Positions 27,944 through 40,461 of a DNA stretch of 64,000 bases are shown piece by piece. The stretch comes from Eledone cirrhosa (taxonomy: Eukaryota). Location of the stretch: positions 55,118,001 to 55,182,000 of the forward strand of contig OZ024747.1 of assembly GCA_964016885.1 (NCBI GenBank), read 5' to 3'. How positions within the stretch are numbered: position 1 is the first letter of the stretch; each line of letters opens with the position of its first letter. Made by a program: the position numbers and the translations under genes. Under the pieces are notes generated by a model, which was not told the DNA's origin, ran no database searches, and worked only from the letters and a program-made list of their open reading frames with translations.

Positions 27944-30063
27944 TTCCATGTTCGTTTCCTGACCACGACATCTCAAGCGACTGTCTTCTTCCATGTGTTT
28001 AATGGTTTTATAATGTCCTATAAAATGTTTTGCTCTAATTGATCCAGTTATGCCTGCTGAATTCAAATACTAGTCAAGTAAACATCACCATAATTTCAGG
28101 GCGTTGGATCGTTGTAGAACAGTTTAGCTATTTGTTCAAATTCTGCCCAGGTTAGCTTTGCCTCCATCCTTACGTGGTCGATAAAATAAAGTATGGGGTT
28201 ATTTTAATCAACTTTACCCTCCCCCAAATTGTTGGCCTTGTGCCTAAATCAGAAATCATTTTTATTATTGTTGTTCTGGTTATAATGGAGGAAACGTTAG
28301 AATGTTGGATTCTACTCTTTAGATTCTCTGGATGCTGATGTCAATTTTACTTTTACTTCTTCTGGTGTAGATTAAATAAGACACCAGTCAAAGACTGGTC
28401 TTTATATGGCCGACATTCAGATTCCCCCTATTTTCTGGCCTTTTTCAAATGATATAAATAATTATTCTACTCTGCATCGTTCTCGCCGTGTCTGAAGACT
28501 GTGTATTTGGATTTTTCATGCAAATTTCCTGAAAATAGAATATGCTAACTCTATTATAAAAGACGTCCAGCAGTGTAAGTAAACTTTTGTAATACAGAAT
28601 AATTACTTTCTTTTCTCTGGGCATATGTACATAATGTTACTGTGAGTTATCAATTAGCACGGGTAAACTAATTTGTGTTCATACCTCACCCAGAAGCAAG
28701 GAATCAATTGGTAAATATGGGCAGCAGAAAATTGCTATAGAACAAAATTTATAGCTAGAATACTACAAGAATAAATTTATCCAACTTTTGAGACAAATTA
28801 TTTAAAAGAATCTCATTTTCTTTGTGATTCCCCGGGAAGACGAATTTAAATAGGAGAACTGGAGCGAGATAAGTGTCATAAGAAGCTATTGCATTATTCT
28901 ATCAGGCCAACAGAATGAAACAAACCTATTTTTCCCAATAGGATTTGAACTCATGACATATAAAAAGGACACTAATGCCATTATGCACTTAGTGTGTCTG
29001 TTTCTTGCCTCTTCCACCTCCATCAAATTCCTCTTTTACACGAGTTTATGATATGCTTTATAAGAAAGTTATTTCTAATCCTGGCCCATTTTAGTTAGCT
29101 ACTGAAGGAATGAAGACAACAGCTATAATAGATTCAACAACACATATATCAGTAACAATAACACGAACAATAACAATATATTGCTCATTTAGATACTTTC
29201 TCGGTGAATCTTTGATCAAAGGTGATTGATTTTAATTAGATGATTTCGGCCAATTTAATTCTAGCTATGTTTTGTAATTGTAAGTCTTGCAAGAAACAAA
29301 GGTTTTACCATGTCATCGTTTTCTCGCAAGAAACAACATTTCATCTCAACGGTCAACCGGTATTTCACACACCATTTAAAGATTTTTCAGATTTTAGCTA
29401 GAACCTAAACAGAGACTTATTCCACTTTACCGCTCGGCTGACACACAAGGAATCCAGCCACTTGAAACAATGTTGCTATGCATCATTGGGAATTTCTCCT
29501 CTTCTTTTATACTTAACACTTTGAATAATTCGAGCCTATCTCTTGACCACATATTTCCCAAGTGATGTCCAAATTGTTCAGACTTTTCAAGCAAAAATTG
29601 GTCTTAGAAAGAAGAACTAAACTTTCAGGCGATAATAATGACGTCTGGATCCACCCCCCCCCCCCCTCACACACACACACATTTCTCTTCGTTCAATGGT
29701 TTCAATCATTTGGTTGCCGCCATGCTAGGACAATGTTTTCATGTAATAACATTGAAAAACCCATATTTTTATCTGTAGTTATTTTCTTCCTTCCAATTAG
29801 ATTTTATTTTATATTCACTTGATTATTTATGCAGAATATCATCTGACCGACATATAAAGATGTGATAAATAAAATTGTAAATATATAGTGACCAGTTCAT
29901 ATCTCGTCATTGGTGTTTGATCTGTTCAAGACGTGGCAGTGGTAAAATCGTTTTTTAAATTTATTTTATGATTGAATGCAATTATGAAAAAAGGAAGAAT
30001 GGAAGAAACATAAATATATAATACATACATGTATCATCATCATCATCATTATTATTTTTAAAT

Positions 30064-30255
30064 AGGGGCGGTGGATTGGCAATATCGGAAGAGGGTCGGA
30101 CGCCATGCTTTGACGCATAGAATTACGGCCCTTGACATTCTGAGTTTAAATCCCGCCGAGGTTAACTTTGCCTTTCATCCTTACGGGGTCAATAAAATAA
30201 AGTACCAGTAATGCACTGGATAATTGCTGGCCTTGAGCCAAGAGTAGAAACAATT
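30064..30255 (+). mobile_element. SINE family A, full length
   Basis: Full consensus from GGGGCGGTGGATTGGC to GTAGAAACAATTATTATT. Confidence 0.9.
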
Positions 30256-30364
30256 ATTATTAAATATTATCTTCATCATTGCACAGTGTTGATGTTAACT
30301 ACCGATATATTTCTTCTTACCACCAAGCTTCATCTCGGATCCTAAGATGATAGGATTTGCTTTT

Positions 30365-30900
30365 TACTCTTCTAATTATTCTGGCAGAGCCAAGTAGGCA
30401 TTCTTTATGTACAGGCTCTATACCAAGATCAAATCAATTTGTTGTAAATATTTTCTAAGATTGTCTGTTACACATCTTTCTGTTACACATCCCAGAGATC
30501 CTATAATTATTGGTACCAATATTATCTTATTTACTTCACCCCCTCCATACTTTCAGAACTTCATATTTGAGATGGTTCTAGTAGTTTTTCTTTTCTTTTT
30601 CTTTATCTGTTATTTTCCTCTCAAAAGGTCCAGATCAATAATAAAAAAATTATTTTCTATCTTGAATATCAGTTCTATGTCTATTTTATTTGTGTTCAAT
30701 CTTTGTTTCCGTCTGTATTGTACTACCCCACTGAATTTTGGCATCATCATTTTGCAGCACTTTCATCTCTACACTGTCGTGATGCGATCACCTTGTCTAC
30801 TTTAACTTTGATCCAATTAGTTCTTATTGCCTGGTCCTGCGCTGCCATAATCAAACCCTCTGTCTCTCTTTTCAAGTGACCTTACGTACCCATGTCCAAG
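30365..30900 (-). mobile_element. Degenerate 3' fragment of an R4/Dong-clade RLE LINE
   Basis: Minus-strand translation gives GHLKRETEGLIMAAQDQAIRTNWIK and, at the C-terminus, VHKECLLGSARIIRR, typical R4/Dong motifs. Confidence 0.75.
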
Positions 30901-30905
30901 CGTCA

Positions 30906-31540
30906 TTCCCGTCGAGGTTAACTTTGCTTTCATCCTTACAAGGTCGATAAAATAAAGTACCAGTAATGTACTGGGTAATTGCTGGCCTTGTGCCTAAAGT
31001 AGAAACAATTATATTTTCTTACAGCCCTTGTGTTTACTTAATAGGCTGAATGTAATGATTTCGCTTCAAATATGGCTTTGCCGTCTGTAGATTGGAATAA
31101 TCGATAGAGCGTCCAACAACATGCTTTGCGACATAAAGGTACATCCCTTTACGTTATGAGTTCAATTCCTGCGGAGTTAGCTTTGCTTTTCATCCTTACG
31201 GGGTCGATAAATAAAGCACCAGTAATGCTCGGGTTTCGATTTAACTGCTTTCAAATTGCTGGCCTTGTGCTATAGTAGAAATCATCATCATCATCATCAT
31301 CATCCTTATTATTATTATTATTATTGAAGGTTTTTTTTATTATTATTAAGGGCGGTGGGTTGGCAGTATCGGTAGAGGGTCGGACGCCATGTTTTGCAGC
31401 GTAGAGTTACGGCCCTTTTAATCTGGATTCAAATCCCACAGATGTTAACTTTGCCATTCATCCTTACGAGGTCGATAAAATAAAGTACCAGTAATGTACT
31501 GGATAATTGCTGGCCTTGTGCCCAAAGTAGAAACAATTAT
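30906..31540 (+). mobile_element. Cluster of three SINE family A copies (30906-31010 partial, ~31083-31285, 31349-31540)
   Basis: Each carries the TTTGC(C)TTTCATCCTTAC.GGGTCGATAAA core and the GGCCTTGTGC..AAAGTAGAAA end. Confidence 0.88.
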
Positions 31541-31672
31541 TATTGAAAGGATAAGACGTTACAAATCCGCGAGAGAAAAGGTTCGTAATTTTAAGTTGTT
31601 TTAAAGTGTTATTTTGTGGGTAGTCATCGGTGGGCGGCGGGGTGCTAATGACCGGGCATAAGGTACCCTACA

Positions 31673-31838
31673 ACCACTGTTACCACCACTGCCACTACCA
31701 CCACCTACAACCACTGTCACCACCACTGCCACTACCACCACCTCCAACCACTGCCACCACCACTGTCGCTACCACCACATCCAACCACTGTCACCACCAC
31801 TGTCGCTACCACCACCTACAACCACTGTCACCACCACA
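31673..31838. repeat. 37-bp minisatellite, ~4.5 copies (ACCACTGTCACCACCACTGCCACTACCACCACCTACA)
   Basis: Unit starts at 31673, 31710, 31747, 31784 and 31821. Confidence 0.85.
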
Positions 31839-31959
31839 ACAACAAGTGAGGAAAACAACAATGACAACATCAACAGCCTTAATATAAATATTAATAACAA
31901 TAGCAACGGCAACAACAAACAAAACAATAATAACAACGACGGCAATACCAACAACAGCT

Positions 31960-34900
31960 GCAATAATTACAACAACAGCGAGAACAACTAACTGCAAGAA
32001 CACCAACAACAAGAACAACAGTGAGAGCAGCCAAAAGAACATTCGGTGGCTGCGAAAACAAAACGATTTTTCAACATCGGTATCACAAACAAGGAACAAC
32101 GGTTGGCCTAGGCTCGGAATTTAATTACATGCGAGAAATCCTGGCCCATCTCCGGCGACACATTAGCCGCAATCCAGAGGAGAACTTTACATTTTCGATG
32201 TATTTCGGTGCAGACTTGCAAGGTGCATAATCACCAGCGAGGCAGAGGTCAAGGCTGCTTTGGAATGCATCAAAGATGATATTTAATACAAAACAAGGGC
32301 CAGACAGTTCGGCACCTTCTCGGTGCTGTTCAAAACCGAGGCCCTTGCTATTAAGCTCTCCATGGCCCCCTGCAGTACGCAACGCATCATTATGCACCCG
32401 TCCTACATGTGCAAAAGAACAGCGAAGGTCAGGATTCCTAGGTATGTGTGATCGAGGAGAATACCGACACTGCCCTCATAGATATCAGAAAGACTGACAG
32501 AGAGGACTGGTCCGGGAGGGCTTTTGAGATTCTTCACCAAATAAAATCAGTAGAGCAACTTTGTCCACTTGCAGGACGGGTCAACGATTCAGTTGATTAC
32601 TGACGCAAGAAGGCCGCACTGCTTCGTCTGCGGTGAAGCAACGCATCTGCGAGCCTTCTACCCTCAGCTCAAAAATGCAGGAGGCCGGAAACCTCCTTTG
32701 CTGCCGACGCCAGTGCCGGGACGGAAAGCTCCACCAGCACTGACACCAGCAGCCCCCTCCAACATCAAAAACAGTCGAACCACCACCAACACCTAAACCA
32801 ACCCAATGGGAAAATAAAGAAAGCTCTCCCATTCCCCTCCGCCTCAAAATATATGCATAGACAAAAACACAAACGCACACACAGATACACTTCCAGCCAC
32901 TGAACAACATCTTCCAGTAGTGAAGATGAGAAAAGACCCGAATCCACCAAAAAGTAAAAAAGAAAATATACAAAGCACAACAAAAACACTAAAAAATATG
33001 CAAACACCACCCACGGAAACACTTCCCCAACAACACCAACACCACTAAAACCACCATCCCCCAATTCCCCAAACGCAAACAACCTAAATAGATACAAGAA
33101 CAAATAAACACACAGACACCTGAAATTGCAGACACCACCCCTACAAGAAACACAAACACAACCGAAACAACACCAACAAAACCATCAACACCGCAGTCAC
33201 CCAAACGAAAACAAATAAAATCGCACCAGCAAAACATAAAAACATTTGTACTTGTCAGAAGGGCCAACAAGAAATTGATGGCCCTCGTAGTCAGAAGTGA
33301 AGAAATTCAAACAAAGGGGGAGATTTTTAAATTGAGCACATTTTGCGTGCCAAAAGATTTGTTTCCGGTACGAAAGTCACTCGATTCCTACAAAGGAATT
33401 CAAGAGAACTTTTCTCGAGACGTGGGAACACCAACGTGGACCCACATCGAGACTTTTAAAGGGGTTTCCAATGGAAACCTCACCAACAATAGAGGTCAAA
33501 CCACTCGACCTCCACAAGACAGCGGGAGATAAGTAAACCTTTCCTCTCTCTTTAGCCTGCCAGCATGGCCATATTAAGAGTAGGTTGTTTAAATGTTCTT
33601 GGCATGGGTTCAACCTGAAACAGGTTCGTCTGCTCAAAGAGCTCAACGACCTCAGCAATACCAAGATTTCCGACACGCGCGCACTATCCCCCATTTTCGA
33701 CGACTATCAGATCTTCGCATCTGTCAGTCGGCCGGGAATGAGAGGTGGGGTGGCAGCGCTGTTTAGAAAATGTGTGGATCTCGAGGTAAGTTCGATCTCC
33801 CGGGACCCGGACGGTAAGTTGGTGGTCCTGGTCGTGAACAATAGCGAAGGTGGTGCCTTTAGACTGGTGGCCGTCTACGCCCCTACAGGGGCAAGACGAC
33901 CGGACTTCTTTAGACGCCTGGAAACCTTTCTGTGTACGTCTCGCCCTTTACTGTTAGCAGGTGACTGGAACGGCATCTTAGACGCACGCTGGGACTGTGT
34001 GGGAGTATGCGATAGGAGTAGGGGTTGCAAAAGCTTCAAGTACCTGATCAGTCAGTTCCATCTCTCTGACAGGTACATACTACATTTCCCTAATGTGCCA
34101 GTATGGATCTGGACCAAACGAATAGGGTCATCTAGACCGTATATAGACAGGATATTGTTTAGGAAAATAGATAAAAATAGTGTAAGCTGTCCACGTTTTA
34201 AAACTGTCGGCTATTCAGATCAAAAGCTTGTGAGCTGAATGATCGAACTAGATACAACGTGTAGGTTAGGGCCTGGTTACTGGAAGCTGGACATGTAATT
34301 TCAGGCATGTAAGGCTTATAAGGACCGGGTCAACAATTTAGTTAGGCAAAAGTTAACAGGGAGAGTCGTCAATAACAGATAATGAGGGGACACACAAAAG
34401 ACAGGTTAGAGTAATTTAGATAGGGTTTAGCAAAGAAGTAGCATTTGAGAAAAATAGAAAGGAGGGGGAGCTGGTAGATAAGTTAGACGAAGCTATTTGT
34501 AGTGGCATTGCAACTGGCGTGCTAGCGGCGAGAATGGCATTAGACAGGTTCTTCAATGCGAAAGACGAAGGTTGCATTGTCAGAGCTAAGTCACGTGCTC
34601 TGAGAAACAAGGGAACCAAAGCTGTTTGGTAGGCCTTAGTGGCGGAGACGAAGCATGGTAATGAAACCACAATTCGGTCTTTGACGGACCAAGACGGACA
34701 CGATCTGAGCTATTCCAGGCGGAAGTGTGAGGCCTTTCGCCAGCATTTTGCTCGGTTGTTCGGGGGAAGTGGCGGGTCAGAGACCGTGGTGAACTTCAGT
34801 TGCTACCTCGATGGCTTGCCGCAAATCTCAACGGCCGATAACTTCAGCCGAAGTTCAGGACGCCCTTGTCGGCTGCACAAGGCGCCAATCATCCGCCTTG

Positions 34901-35975
34901 GATGGTCTGCCTTACGAGCTGTACGTAAATATGCCAGACATGTTCTCCGATCTCTTCGAAGCGCTCGACTGCAACTGGGAGCAGAACGGGAGTATTCCCA
35001 GAACTGTGAGCTGGGGCGTAGTGACGTTGATAAGGAAAGACAAGAACAAGAGGGATACATTAAATAATTTCAGGCCCATTACTCTGCTCAACACAGAGTG
35101 TAAGATTCTGGCCAAGGTGTTAGGGAAGAGGTTGGCGCTTCTCTTTGAGGATTTGGTTGAGGAGATGTAAACCTGGCTTTGGTGGGTCTCTGATCCATTT
35201 AGATCAATCGAAATCATTCGATAGGGTCGATCATCGGTACCTGGAGGCTGTCCTCAAGGCAGCTGGCTTCGGCCCCGTCTTCAGAAGCTGGATCACTGCA
35301 AAGCACAGCGGCATCTGCTCGGTGGTCAAAGTTAATGGCTACCTCTCGGAACCTTTTCAGATCGCCCGATCGGTCCGTCAAGGGTGCCCTCTCTCTTCTC
35401 TTCTGTACGTATTAACTCTCGAACCTTTACTGCTGAAGCTGGAGCTGTTGCAGGACCTCCCGCTCGAATCAGGATGCGGAAATGCTGTGTTGGCTTATGC
35501 GGATGGCATCACCGTGATGGCGTTAGACCTCTCGGAAATCGAGGTGGTCTGCAACTTATTGGAGAAATATGAAAGGTTGACGGGAGCGAAACTTAACCCG
35601 TAAAGTCGGTTGGCTTCACGTACATCACGTCCCCTCATCTACTACCACCTGACTGTCGTGCCTTGCCCCCGTCCGCGCCAAGCCAACTTGGAACGGCTTC
35701 TCTTCAAATTCTTGTGGAGGGGACAGGTTCCGTTGATGAGGCGATACTTCTGCTGCCAGCACCCTCTCCCTGGGGGGAAGGGCATGCTGTGGCTAATGAT
35801 GCGCAGACATGCGCTAAGGCTGCGTCATCTCCAAATATTCTGACTAAACGATGAACAGGTGTGGTCGCCGTTTGTCAGACAGGCCTTCCGCAGCTCGTCT
35901 CTTTGACTGAGCTGCAGTCCTGGGTCAAAAAGAGACCGAGACTGGGTCACTGGCATCTGGAATGTTGCCAGGCAC
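31960..35975 (+). mobile_element. Degenerate Tx1/L1-clade LINE, second subfamily (ORF1, APE, RT; 3' end lost)
   Basis: ORF1 RRPHCFVCGEATHLRA; APE FRLVAVYAP, LLAGDWN, IDRILF, SDQKLV (33585..34238); RT FRPITLLN, LDQSKSFDRVDH, RQGCPLS, AYADG. The 5' boundary is approximate. Confidence 0.9.
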
Positions 35976-36024
35976 ACACACATATATATATATATATGTG
36001 TGTGTATTTATATATATCCAAATA

Positions 36025-36736
36025 GCTGACACACGTAATGGATGTTTGTAGTTGATTTTGAAATCTCGGAACAATTTGATGAGGTGTTTACGGACTCGGT
36101 CCGGACAGTTACCACTCACTAATTAGGAACAGCATTACCTCAACTGAAAAAAATCCAAACCTTCTATGATCAACGAGATAAATACAGAGGGACAACATAT
36201 CACCTCTAGACTCAGAATATCCGATCGAACGGAGCCTATCGACCAACGTACTCCTTATTTTACCCTTAAGGATCATAAACATGAGTTACACCGTAAATCA
36301 ACCATCAGGCTTATAAACTCGACGAATAGGATACAGGGAAGATAAATAAAAAGATCCTGGAATCGTATTATACCCAAAGTCAGGCGATGCTTAGCCTATG
36401 GATTAGTACTCAAGAAGTCATCTCCTGGTTCAAAAAATATCTAGAATAAATGGAATACCACTTTTATCCAGTTCGATATCGTGAACTACTCATCGACAAC
36501 CCAAACACTCCTTTTGGCTACTTTAGATCATGCCAAAACAATTATCCGATTACCGACCAAGAAATTTAAATCATATTCCTCGCTCGGAAGCCGCATTGCC
36601 CTTCAATAATTCCACCTGGGTGAAAAGAGCCCCATACTCACTGTACGACGTTAGTATGGGTTCTACTGACTCGGGCAAGGTAACCTCACAGGGTACAACC
36701 CAAATAGTACAGACCGGGTCCGTAAACACCTCATCA

Positions 36737-36740
<4 letters not shown>
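36025..36740 (+). mobile_element. Degenerate PLE reverse transcriptase fragment (Naiad-like) with an inverted segment
   Basis: FTLKDHK, IRLINS, VISWFK, FIQFDIVNY, YDVSMGSTDSG and DRVRKHLIK across frameshifts; 36072-36101 is an inverted copy of 36711-36740. Confidence 0.75.
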
Positions 36741-36799
<59 letters not shown>

Positions 36800-36818
36800 C
36801 CCTCTCTCTCTCTCTCTC

Positions 36819-36902
<84 letters not shown>

Positions 36903-37023
36903 AAAGAATAGAGGTGTAAAACCACAACTGAATACTAACCCATACAATCACTAATACTCTTTTATTCCTAATTAAACCATTTTTCAACTGTGAACAATTT
37001 GTCAGCATTTTCTATTCCGCTTA

Positions 37024-37079
<56 letters not shown>

Positions 37080-37469
37080 ATCATTCACCAGTCATACGTA
37101 GAATTATAAAAGTCAACTAATTTTCAAATGTCATAATTCCTCCTTGCATATTGCAAAGAACTACGTCTGTGCGTTAACAGAACGCACAATTCCATTAGAA
37201 ACTAATATTAAATACTGCTACTCATCATTTACACTTCCATGTTACCAGTCCTCTCACCAATAAGGTCGTACAAAGTACTGATCGAAATATGTCATTCTCT
37301 GAAATTCTAAATCTTAACAAATATAACGAAAAGGATTTAACTTTTAATACGGTTACTAGATGCGATTCTAATGTACACGTATATGAGTGTACATGACAAA
37401 TACACTATATACATTGATAGAGGGTCAGTTCGATAAGTATATAGTCAGATGGATACTTAGGTAGATAGG

Positions 37470-37539
<70 letters not shown>

Positions 37540-37540
37540 T

Positions 37541-39414
37541 GTTTCTTTTATTTGCCACTAGGGCATCAAAAGTGGGACAAGTACAAAGGGGGGAGTTTAC
37601 ACAAAAAGGCGTCCTCAATAAGGAGGAGGCAATAACAAAATATAAAAATAAAATAAGATATAACAAAAAATAAAATTTTTAACAAAATCCTCAATAGAGA
37701 GGAGGCGCCTTGGGGGGTCGCACACACCCCCGAAAAAAGTGTGCAACCCTTCTCCTCAGGAGCACAGAGAAGGGGTGCTCCCTTGGTCTTTCATCTTCCT
37801 CACCTATAGTCTGATGTAGAGTGAAGGCCCATTCACACGGGCCATTCTCGCCACTTTCACCCATCTTTCATAGAAACGGCTGGGGTGCAGCACCTCTCTC
37901 TCCATCCTGATCCTTCTTCCGAAATGATATCGGAAGAAACGGACCAGTTGTTGGCCAGAGAGAAAGGTGCCTGACCTCAGTCCTTTCAGACGCGTCCACC
38001 ATACAACCTCTTTCGCCATGGCTATTACGCACAGAAACACCGCCTCTGCTTCATCTTTGAAGGGGGGAGGCGGCTTGATCATTACAATAGACTCGGTGGT
38101 CAACCGGAACGGTCCCACCCTTGACAGCAGTTGTTCGACATAGCCCCACAGATCGGCTACGCCCGAGCAGTGTACCAATGCGTGTGCAACGGTTTCCTCG
38201 TCGCACACGCATCTGGGACAGATCTTTTTGGCGGGGTCCCTACCCGGGCGCCCGTGTCTGTAGAGCCTTTCTCGAACGGGTAAAGCCCCTCGGTAGCACT
38301 GCCAGGCCAGGGACTTCTGGAAGTTGTCCATAGGTCCCGGGCTGAATGTCCTACCGAACAGGCTGGCCAGTTCGTCCTCCTCCATGTCTAGGGCTTCTCC
38401 GAGGGCGTCGTCGCACCTGCTGCGTACCAGCCCTCTATAGAATGTTGCGGTGGAGTCTCCACTGATAACCGGATCCGCCTGCCAGAGGGCGGTGAGCGCC
38501 TGGGCACACTCAGTGTGCCAGGCGCCCAGTTTTCTCGGTCTTTGCTTGACCCAGGATTGCAGCTCGGTGAGTGAGACGAGTCTGGGAAAGGTTCGTCTTA
38601 CAAACGAGGCCCACACCGGTTGTCCGGTGAGGAATACGTAGAGGTGCCGTAGCCTTAATGCGTGTCTACGCATCATTAGCCACGGCATCCCCAGCCCTCC
38701 TTTCGAAGGGTGTTGACAGCAGATGGATCTCCTCACCATAGGAGCCCGCCTCTTCCAAAGGAATTGGAAGAGCGCGCGCTCCATCTTGGTGAGGGTTTCC
38801 CTTGGGCAGGGCACTACGGTCAGGCGGTAGTAGATGACGGACGCTATGTAGGTGTTCGCCACCTCCGCCCGACCTTTCAGGGATAGTTTGCAACTGGCCC
38901 ACTTCTGGGTCAGTGCAAACACCCTGTTCGTAACCTCCGCCCAGTTTTTCTCCACCTGGAGGTCCGGTCCGAACCAGACCCCGAGCAACTTCACCGGGCC
39001 CTCCGTCCAGCGTCCGACGACGCCATCGGAGGGCATCGGTCTGCCCCTCCACGTGCCGAGTTGCAAACCGATCGACTTGTCCCGGTTCAGCTTAGCCCCT
39101 GTGAACTTTTCGTACTCCTCCAGTAAGGTGCCGACCGCCTCGATTTCGGAGGCCGTCGACACCATTACTGTCACGTCATCGGCGTAGGCCGACACCGCTT
39201 TCCGCAATCCCGGTTCCAAAGGGATGCCCTGCAACAACTCCAACTTCCGCAGTAGTGGCTCTAGAGTCAACACATACAGAAGGGAGGAGAGAGGGCACCC
39301 TTGTCGGATGGACCGCGCGATTTTGAACGGCTCCGAGAGGTAGCCGTTCACCTTGACCCTAGAGCAGATGCGGCTGCTGTGCATAGCAGTGATCCAGCCC
39401 CTGAAAACGGGTCC

Positions 39415-39415
<1 letters not shown>
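37541..39415 (-). mobile_element. 5'-truncated, young Tx1/L1-clade LINE; ORF2 is open over the whole retained part (37804-39415)
   Basis: Uninterrupted ~535 aa with RQGCPLSSLLY, AYADD and CPRC..ETVAHALVHC; highly similar to 20435-21975; both ends abut pure (GATA)n. Confidence 0.95.
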
Positions 39416-39448
<33 letters not shown>

Positions 39449-39482
39449 AAGGAAGAGAGTGATGGGTATATATATATATATG

Positions 39483-39929
39483 TAGAAGTTCTATTTAAAT
39501 TGTTGGGATACAACAAGCAAATATTTTTATAAATGATATAAAGCACTCAACAAATTATTGGAGTAAAAATACGATATATTAACAAATGGAAACGATATTT
39601 ATAAAACCATATTTATTTCATTATACATATTTCAAGGACACCAAGTTAAATTATGGTGTGCTTTCATCAGATGAAATATAATATAGATCAGTTTATAAAT
39701 ATTGACATACCATTAAAGAATGTGACCATTTCTGTTGGAAGCTTGTGGGAGCTTCCAACAGAAATGGTCGCATTCTTTAAGGGTATGTCAATATTTATTT
39801 ATAAAACTGATCTATATTATATTTTATCTGATGAAAGCACACCATAATTTAACTTGGTGTCCTTGAAATATGTATAATGAAATAAATATGGTTTTATAAA
39901 TATAGTTTCCATTTGTTAATATATCGTAT
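39483..39929 (-). mobile_element. Fold-back hammerhead element C (arms 39569-39743 / 39750-39929, tail 39483-39568)
   Basis: ~175-bp inverted repeat; CTGATGA 39828-39834 and GAAA 39865-39868, mirrored on the minus strand; flanked by (TA)n. Confidence 0.85.
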
Positions 39930-40009
39930 ATATATATATATATATATATATATGTAAATATGATAATAATGGAGCTGCGGCGCTGCAAATGGGTTACATA
40001 TGAATAAGT

Positions 40010-40115
40010 GTGTCCTCATCAGTGGCCATCCAACCGTCGTAGGCATTTCGTCGCATTAAAGGCCATATACCTCAGGTTGGTGCGAGCAACGGCTAAACAA
40101 AAGTCGTTGGAACAC
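40010..40115 (-). ncRNA. Putative reversed-order, kink-turn-containing hammerhead ribozyme, copy 2 (in a TA-flanked element 39953-40381)
   Basis: GTGTTC-CAACGAC..GCCGTTG-C-TCGCA-CCAACC-TGA-GGTAT-A-TGGCC-TTTAA-TGCGA-C-GAAA-TGCC-TACGAC-GGTTGG-AT-GGCCA-CTGATGA-GGACAC. Confidence 0.65.
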
Positions 40116-40377
40116 GTAAATAAAGGGGACGCTAGGGTAAACAAACAAAATGGTTTAAGCAGCAGAAAGTGATGAAGAAGGAAACAAGTTCCAGATTTCT
40201 ATGAATATAAATTCGGTGGAACGAGAGAATAAAGTCCATCAAACCTGGTTGAAATGTGAGCAAGGAAGGAATTTCGCACAGGTCTAACGGGAGGAAGAAG
40301 GGGTCTGATCTGCGAATTCGGTAAACATAAGTTCTGAGAAGTCGCAGACGAGAGAGAGAGAGAAAAAAAATTCATAC

Positions 40378-40461
<84 letters not shown>

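Noticed and set aside
31673-31838. Regular 37-bp periodicity suggestive of a CRISPR array
   Set aside because: Head-to-tail tandem units with no unique spacers, in a eukaryotic context without cas genes.
39416-39546. N-terminal ~45 aa of the 580-aa ORF 37804..39546
   Set aside because: Read-through into (GATA)n and the tail of fold-back element C; the LINE is 5'-truncated at ~39415 and has no genuine start codon.
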